DNA from: Sulfolobales archaeon
GTDB taxonomy: Archaea > Thermoproteota > Thermoprotei_A > Sulfolobales > NBVN01
Direction: 5' to 3'
Assembly: GCA_026413885.1 (NCBI GenBank)
Contig: JAOAKA010000001.1
Location: forward strand, 114,762 to 178,761
Length of the DNA: 64,000 nucleotides
Shown piece after piece: positions 58,868-64,000 of the stretch. A program made the position numbers and the translations under genes. The notes under the pieces are model-generated. The model made no database searches and was not told where the DNA came from. It saw only the letters and a program-made list of their open reading frames with translations. The first letter of the stretch is position 1. Each line of letters opens with the position of its first letter.

Positions 58868-60141
58868 TTAGACATCCCCCCAACTTCTTCGAAATCCTCA
58901 CCTAGTTTTACTCTACCAAGGACTAAGCCGCGGATCGGGCCGTCCCATGGGGTCAAGGTAATCACTTCCTGAGAGTTTAGGTCTACCCCTAGAATTAAGC
59001 CGATGCCTACGTCACTCAATCTTTCTCCCATCAATCCTACTATAGCTCCCCTTAAATCCCTCAAGTTGATCGCAACGATTTTTCTCTCATCATGGCTTAC
59101 TGCTGTATCTATAAATTCTTCGGTTATTATGAAGATAGTGTCTCCAAATCTGGATGAGAACACTATTTTATTTAGATCGCTGTCGGGAATTTTTAGAAGC
59201 TCCTTCAATTCATCTAAAGTTAGAACTCGCCCGGCGAGCGCTCGAATATTTAGTAGACCTACCTCACTTAACTTAACTCTTCTAACTTTACCTCTACTAA
59301 AGTATCTTCTATATGCTTGAGCTCTTAATTCACGTCTCTCATCTCTACTTCTTTCTCGTACAACAGCAGGTTTTGGAGCGTAAATCACTTCAACTAGATT
59401 ACTGACACACCTAGATAAGTAGTTAAAGACTTCTCTATCTGTTACAACCACTAAGTCCGGTTTAACCCACCTGATGATCGTGAGCTTGTGTTCAATTCCA
59501 GAAGTAGTTCCGACCCATCCATCGGTGTTGACTACAATAGCCTTAAACCCTAGTTCAATTGCTTCATCAACTAGTTCCCTAATAGCTAGAATGCTTTCTG
59601 AATAACAGTACTGCGGGGAGATGCAGCCGACAAATCTAAATATAAGAGGTTCCAGTTCTCTGAGCCATAAGACTGGTTTTGAGACTTCAGTTAGAGCTAC
59701 TGTCGTGGGGATTAACACATCTTCTTGACCGATATCGCCATCTACAACACCTACTCTCACACCTACCTCTCTGAAGTAGTTAGCTAGAAATACTGTAAAC
59801 GTAGATTTACCTGATTCCGGAGGACCGACTATTAAGACCTTACAGAGCTTCCCTAGACATTTTTTGAGTATGTATTCAACTATCCTGAGCCACTCGTCAA
59901 CTACTTCTTCACCGCTTCTAGCTTCTTCTACTCTAGCACCCTCACCGAGGGTAATTTTAAGTTTCGAATGTGTGAGTATCTTAATTCCGTAGGACCTGAA
60001 TTTGTGGACTACGAGCGATGAACCAGCTGAAAACTTGGAGCCTACTGCTAGAACTCTACCAGTAACTACATCGATTTTTGCTGGACCGATGACTCTGAGG
60101 ATGCGGTCTTCGCTCAGCTCTACTTCAGTTACTGAACCCAA
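58855..60141 (-). CDS. Clp1/Grc3-like polynucleotide 5'-hydroxyl kinase
   Basis: P-loop LIVGPPESGKSTFTVFLANY...VGVVDGDIGQ; 428 aa. Confidence 0.7.
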   Translation of the reverse strand: MGSVTEVELSEDRILRVIGPAKIDVVTGRVLAVGSKFSAGSSLVVHKFRSYGIKILTHSKLKITLGEGARVEEARSGEEVVDEWLRIVEYILKKCLGKLCKVLIVGPPESGKSTFTVFLANYFREVGVRVGVVDGDIGQEDVLIPTTVALTEVSKPVLWLRELEPLIFRFVGCISPQYCYSESILAIRELVDEAIELGFKAIVVNTDGWVGTTSGIEHKLTIIRWVKPDLVVVTDREVFNYLSRCVSNLVEVIYAPKPAVVRERSRDERRELRAQAYRRYFSRGKVRRVKLSEVGLLNIRALAGRVLTLDELKELLKIPDSDLNKIVFSSRFGDTIFIITEEFIDTAVSHDERKIVAINLRDLRGAIVGLMGERLSDVGIGLILGVDLNSQEVITLTPWDGPIRGLVLGRVKLGEDFEEVGGMSKCIL

Positions 60142-60201
60142 CTACTAATCCCACACTACTACACGTGTTTAAACTCTTTTACCTAGTTCTTAAATGGTGA
60201 T

Positions 60202-61020
60202 ATGTCGGGAGTAACTATGGATTTCTCTAAGGAATGCTCAGAGCTTAAAGAGATATACAGTGTTGCTAGAAGACTCAAGCCGATAAAGAGGTTGGGACAA
60301 CACTTCTTAGTTGACTGTAGACTGGCTTTAGAAGTATTAAGGAGATTGGAGGAACTATGTCCAGATAGGCAGTGCTGTGTATATGAGCTCGGTTCGGGTT
60401 TGGGCTCTCTTACTATATTCTTGAGAAAGTACTTTAACTATGTATTGTGCTCTGAGATAGATATAAGATTCACTGACTACTTGAGAAGGAGGTTTCTCTG
60501 GGATTTAGTAGATATTGTAGCGTCTGATGGAATCCCCCTAATTCAGTCTCTAAAAAGTAACTGCGTGTTGGTGTCAAATACCCCCTACATAGTGTCTTCT
60601 CAGATAGTAGCTAGCGTTGTTAAGTCTAGTTTAAAGAGTGCGGTTTTAGTACTTCAAAGTGATGTAGCTAGAAAGCTAGCGGCACCTCCAGGAACACCTA
60701 ACTACGGTAGAATAGCGGCGTTCACTAGGACGTTCATGAGAGTTGAACTAGGGAATAGTTACTCTCCTAGCTCCTTTAGACCGAAACCCGAGGTATGGTC
60801 TACGGTAGTTGTGTTAAAGAGATTGAGAGAGTGGTCTGAAGACCTTAAGGGCTACGAGGATTTTCTTAGGTGCGTCTTTAACCAGCGGAAAAGACTCTTA
60901 GCTAAGAGACTTAAGGAGTGTGTAGGTATGCTTCCGGATGGTATAGACTTATCTAAAATACGTGTCTTCAGTGCTGAACCCGAGCTTCTACTTCAATTAT
61001 ACCTACGTAGTTACAGGTGA
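60202..61020 (+). CDS. rsmA: 16S rRNA (adenine-N6,N6)-dimethyltransferase KsgA/Dim1
   Basis: RLGQHFLVD, YELGSGLGSLT, SNTPYIVSSQI. Confidence 0.85.
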   Translation: MSGVTMDFSKECSELKEIYSVARRLKPIKRLGQHFLVDCRLALEVLRRLEELCPDRQCCVYELGSGLGSLTIFLRKYFNYVLCSEIDIRFTDYLRRRFLWDLVDIVASDGIPLIQSLKSNCVLVSNTPYIVSSQIVASVVKSSLKSAVLVLQSDVARKLAAPPGTPNYGRIAAFTRTFMRVELGNSYSPSSFRPKPEVWSTVVVLKRLREWSEDLKGYEDFLRCVFNQRKRLLAKRLKECVGMLPDGIDLSKIRVFSAEPELLLQLYLRSYR

Positions 61021-61172
61021 AGTTTGAATACCTCTTTGAGAGTAAAGTAAATTTTACTAGTTACTCGATAGCTTACCCTTCAATAGAGAGTAACATAGTG
61101 ATTAGAAATTTTAATACTGATATCGCCGGTGGTGCAGTTAACATTTCTAATTTCGTATCCACGGTAATGCTT

Positions 61173-62174
61173 CTAGAGGTATTTCTCTATTTCTACTGCG
61201 TATTGGAATGGAATTGGGGTTCCACCTGTATGGATAAATACGACCGTGCTTCCCCTCTTTATGACTCCCCTATGCACTAGGTCTATGAGTCCATACATAG
61301 CTTTAGCTGTATAGACCGGGTCCAATAATATCCCCTCAGTTCTTGCTACATACTTCATTGTCTCTACTACTTCAGAAGTTATTACTCCATAACCTCCGAA
61401 TGAGTATTCGTCATAGACTGTGAAATCTTCCTCTGATGCTCTTAAATCAATACCGAGTATTTTTACTGTGTCGTTGAAGAGTTTTGTGAGTTTCGACGCT
61501 AGCTCTGAAGACTTTCTCCCGTTAGATATGCCTATGACTTTAGCATCTGAAGCAAGCATCTTGAGTCCAAGTGTTAGCCCAGCTTGAGTCGCACCAGTAC
61601 CTGTTGCGTGAATGATGTAGTCAGGTTTAACACCATATGATAGCGACTGCTGGAGAATTTCTAGTGATGCTAGTGCGTACCCAAGTACTCCTAGCTCGGA
61701 AGCTCCACCGACAGGAATTACATAGGGTTTTCTTCCCGCAGACTTTAATTCTTCCGCTAGTCTAGCCATCTCACTGTCTGCTTCTTCTACTTTATCGACA
61801 TAGACTAGCTTTACTCCGAGAAGTCTATCTAGAAGTATGTTTCCTTGAGTGGCTGTACTCCCTGGTGGAGTAATTACAGCGTATGTGTCTAGACCAGCCT
61901 TTCTTGCGGCAGCTGCTGTAAGTCTAACGTGGTTTGAGTGTGTAGCACCTCGAGTTATAAGCACGTCACAGCCCTTACTGAGAGCATCAGCAACTATAAA
62001 CTCCAGTTTTCTAACTTTATTACCACCGAGGTGTAGCTCCATAACGTCATCACGCTTAATCAATAAGTTAACTTCTAGCTCTCTACTCAGTTTATTAGCT
62101 CTCTCCATTGGTGTAGGTAGAGAAATCAATCTATATCTAGGGTATGAAAGCACCTTCCATATCACTGCTAGCAC
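61173..62174 (-). CDS. PLP-dependent enzyme of the ACC deaminase / D-cysteine desulfhydrase family
   Basis: LGGNKVRKLEFIVADALSKGCDVLITRGATHSNHVRLTAAAARKAGL; 333 aa. Confidence 0.85.
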   Translation of the reverse strand: MLAVIWKVLSYPRYRLISLPTPMERANKLSRELEVNLLIKRDDVMELHLGGNKVRKLEFIVADALSKGCDVLITRGATHSNHVRLTAAAARKAGLDTYAVITPPGSTATQGNILLDRLLGVKLVYVDKVEEADSEMARLAEELKSAGRKPYVIPVGGASELGVLGYALASLEILQQSLSYGVKPDYIIHATGTGATQAGLTLGLKMLASDAKVIGISNGRKSSELASKLTKLFNDTVKILGIDLRASEEDFTVYDEYSFGGYGVITSEVVETMKYVARTEGILLDPVYTAKAMYGLIDLVHRGVIKRGSTVVFIHTGGTPIPFQYAVEIEKYL

Positions 62175-62301
62175 CCAAGTTCTTAGCTACGTTGACTAAA
62201 TATACAGAAACTCCTCTACATCTTTGAGAGATTTAAGTAGCTAAGCAGGAAATTCTGGGTATTCAGGCTCTTATGGTTTACATATTGAAGCATCTAAATC
62301 T

Positions 62302-62329
62302 ATTAGCTATCTAAAATTAGCTATCTAAA
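62302..62329. repeat. Exact tandem duplication of a 14-nt unit (ATTAGCTATCTAAA x2)
   Basis: Read directly from the sequence. A related ATCTAAATCTATTA lies just upstream. Confidence 0.9.
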
Positions 62330-62490
62330 ATCATGCTAACAGTTTTTACCAGTCTTTCAGCCCTAGTATGTAATACAAACCTACTAAATTATCCTATAAC
62401 TTTACTAAGCTCTGAGCTACTTCGCAGCTCAGGTCTTGAAAATTCACTTGTAAACTCAATAAAATTCTCTCAGCAACTTCGAGAATTAAG

Positions 62491-62564
62491 TGGGCCCGCG
62501 GGGATTCGAACCCCGGACCTCCGCCGCGTGAGGGCGGCGTCCTAACCAGCTAGACGACGGGCCC
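62491..62564 (-). tRNA. tRNA-Val (anticodon CAC); CCA not encoded
   Basis: The reverse complement folds as acceptor GGGCCCG/CGGGCCC, D arm GTCT/GGAC, anticodon stem CCGCC/GGCGG with loop CTCACGC, and T arm CGGGG-TTCGAAT-CCCCG. Confidence 0.88.
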
Positions 62565-62645
62565 CTCTACTTTAATACTGCCGTAGTTGTTTTAATAAGT
62601 CTTAAACGTAGATATGACTTGAAGTTACTCGGTGAATTCGAGATA

Positions 62646-64000
62646 TTACTCTTCGACAGCCATATAGCATCCAGTTTTAGGCTCGTAGATATCTCCAGAC
62701 TTCTTTAAATCGTGTATTATTTTCTCTAGAGCTGTGTGGTCTACATCTAGAGACTCAGCTATTTTCTCGAGTTCTGAGTACTTAGTGCACTCACCTCTCT
62801 TACTGTGTTCTCTGATCTGCTCTAAAATCAATATCTCCTTATCTCTGAAGCTCTTAGCTCTACCAGACATTATTATGTCAATATCCACCATCCCTGTCTC
62901 GACATCCAGCCCAACTTTCTCTAGAACGGTGTTCATGAGTCTGATAGCTTCAAGAGAGTCTTCAGCACTAACTTCGTTCTTCAGAGCCATTCTAGCGTGT
63001 GCTTCTGAGAGCCTGATAAGTGCTTCAAGCTGTCTCGTCGTAATAGCTAGCGGCACATTTGGGTCAGCAGCACTTCGCTTTCTAAGCTCTATGTAGTAGT
63101 TCTCTATGATCTTCTTAGCTTCATCCATAATTCTCGGTCTTACATATTTTCTCGCGTAAGCTATATACTTTCTCAGTAGGTCTGGAGGTATTTCAGCTCT
63201 AGCTTCTTCAGTACTGTGAACATCTAGAATGTGTCTGACTACCTGTCTATCTTTATCTATTTCAGCTATATCTTTAATAATGAATATTAAATCGAATCTC
63301 GATAGTATCGTTATAGGGAGATTTATATTTTCAGAAATTCCTAGGTTATCTATATACCTACCTCGCTTCGGATTAGCAGCAGCTAAAACTGATGCTCTAG
63401 CACTCAATCTCGCGTGAATACCTGCTTTAGATATGGTGACAGAACCTTGCTCCATAGCTTCGTGAATAGCTACTCTATCTTCTTCTCTCATCTTATCGAT
63501 CTCATCTATAGCTACAATACCTCCGTCTGCTAAAACCATGGCTCCAGCTTCAAGAGAGAATTCTCCAGTCTGTCTATCTCTTACAACAGCTGCTGTAAGA
63601 CCGGCGGCTGAAGACCCCTTACCAGTTGTGTAGAGACCTCGTGGAGCTATTCTCGATGCGTACTGAAGAAGCTGACTCTTAGCAGTGCCCGGATCTCCTA
63701 TTAGGAGAATATGAACTTCACCCCTAATTCTCGTTCCATCTGCTAAATGCTTCGGCACTCCACCGAAAAGTAGTATAGCTATAGCTTCTTTAAGGTCCCA
63801 GTATCCGTGAATTGCTGGTGCGATGCTAGCCACTATCTTTCTCCTCACCATAGGGTCGCGAGAAAGTTCTACGATTTTAGCCTCATCTTCAGGACTTATC
63901 ATAACTTCTTCGAGATGTCTCTGTGCTGGTATTATATTGTTTGCTTCTATGTAGAGGTCGTGCAGTAGAGACATCTTTCGATTTCCTCTAGTTAGCTTAA
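62646..64000 (-). CDS. mcm: MCM replicative helicase; N-terminal part lies beyond the window end
   Basis: Walker A LLIGDPGTAKSQLL, Walker B IVAIDEIDKM, arginine-finger region SVLAAANP, C-terminal wHTH. The frame is still open upstream of the listed ATG (KLTRGNRK-MSLL...) up to base 64000. Confidence 0.93.
   Translation of the reverse strand, partial: KLTRGNRKMSLLHDLYIEANNIIPAQRHLEEVMISPEDEAKIVELSRDPMVRRKIVASIAPAIHGYWDLKEAIAILLFGGVPKHLADGTRIRGEVHILLIGDPGTAKSQLLQYASRIAPRGLYTTGKGSSAAGLTAAVVRDRQTGEFSLEAGAMVLADGGIVAIDEIDKMREEDRVAIHEAMEQGSVTISKAGIHARLSARASVLAAANPKRGRYIDNLGISENINLPITILSRFDLIFIIKDIAEIDKDRQVVRHILDVHSTEEARAEIPPDLLRKYIAYARKYVRPRIMDEAKKIIENYYIELRKRSAADPNVPLAITTRQLEALIRLSEAHARMALKNEVSAEDSLEAIRLMNTVLEKVGLDVETGMVDIDIIMSGRAKSFRDKEILILEQIREHSKRGECTKYSELEKIAESLDVDHTALEKIIHDLKKSGDIYEPKTGCYMAVEE

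Noticed and set aside
61017-61280. Plus-strand 87-aa ORF after ksgA
   Set aside because: It runs into the 3' end of the convergent PLP-enzyme gene, and I recognised no motif.
62302-62329. A CRISPR-like or minisatellite array
   Set aside because: There are only two exact 14-nt copies, no spacers and no cas genes.
62333-62545. Plus-strand 70-aa ORF
   Set aside because: Its 3' part is antisense to tRNA-Val. It is not credible as a coding sequence.
62646-64000. MCM as a truncated gene or pseudogene lacking its N-terminal domain
   Set aside because: On re-reading, the frame upstream of the listed ATG is open to the window edge (KLTRGNRKMSLL...). The gene simply continues outside the window.

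Overview
This is an archaeal core-chromosome segment. Evidence: e-type ribosomal proteins, RNA polymerase with split A'/A'' and unsplit B, and operons led by Shine-Dalgarno (SD) sites, which together look Crenarchaeota/TACK-like. GC is roughly 40-45% by eye. About 80 genes are present, most on the minus strand, and most belong to the information-processing supercluster. In window order the contents are: pelota, a DUF106-like membrane protein, adk and secY; the spc/S10 ribosomal block uL15 to uL22; a three-gene insertion (unknown 149 aa, rtcB, unknown ORF); uS19, uL2, uL23, uL4 and uL3; a SPOUT methylase; a MoaD-MoaE fusion; Mut7-C, a DUF429-like protein and a DHH phosphoesterase; uS12, nusA, L30e, rpoA'', rpoA', rpoB and rpoH; pheT and pheS; tRNA-Lys; ndk, L24e and S28e; a Memo-like protein; uS2, rpoN, uS9, uL13, L18e, rpoD, uS11, uS4 and uS13; a HAD hydrolase; a radical SAM protein; tRNA-Cys with a short intron; a GC-richer membrane-FAD oxidoreductase; a four-gene DUF58/DUF4350-like membrane operon; an AT-rich stretch with a ribbon-helix-helix (RHH) gene and a zinc-ribbon gene; UPF0147 and FAU-1; a Clp1 / UbiD / AcnX-large / AcnX-small::Tmk operon; ksgA; an ACC-deaminase-family enzyme; tRNA-Val; and mcm (partial). 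I saw no rRNA, CRISPR array, transposase or integrase. Points worth a second look: (1) several genes, including nusA and uS19, have conserved-looking 5' coding sequence upstream of any ATG/GTG/TTG, each behind a well-spaced SD followed by CTG (ACG for uS19); (2) the rtcB module splits the ribosomal protein operon; (3) two unusual fusions, AcnX-small::thymidylate kinase and MoaD::MoaE; (4) the DUF58 operon has no MoxR ATPase gene; (5) an exactly symmetric palindromic double TATA lies between L24e and S28e. All family calls come from reading the translations by eye. No database search was run.
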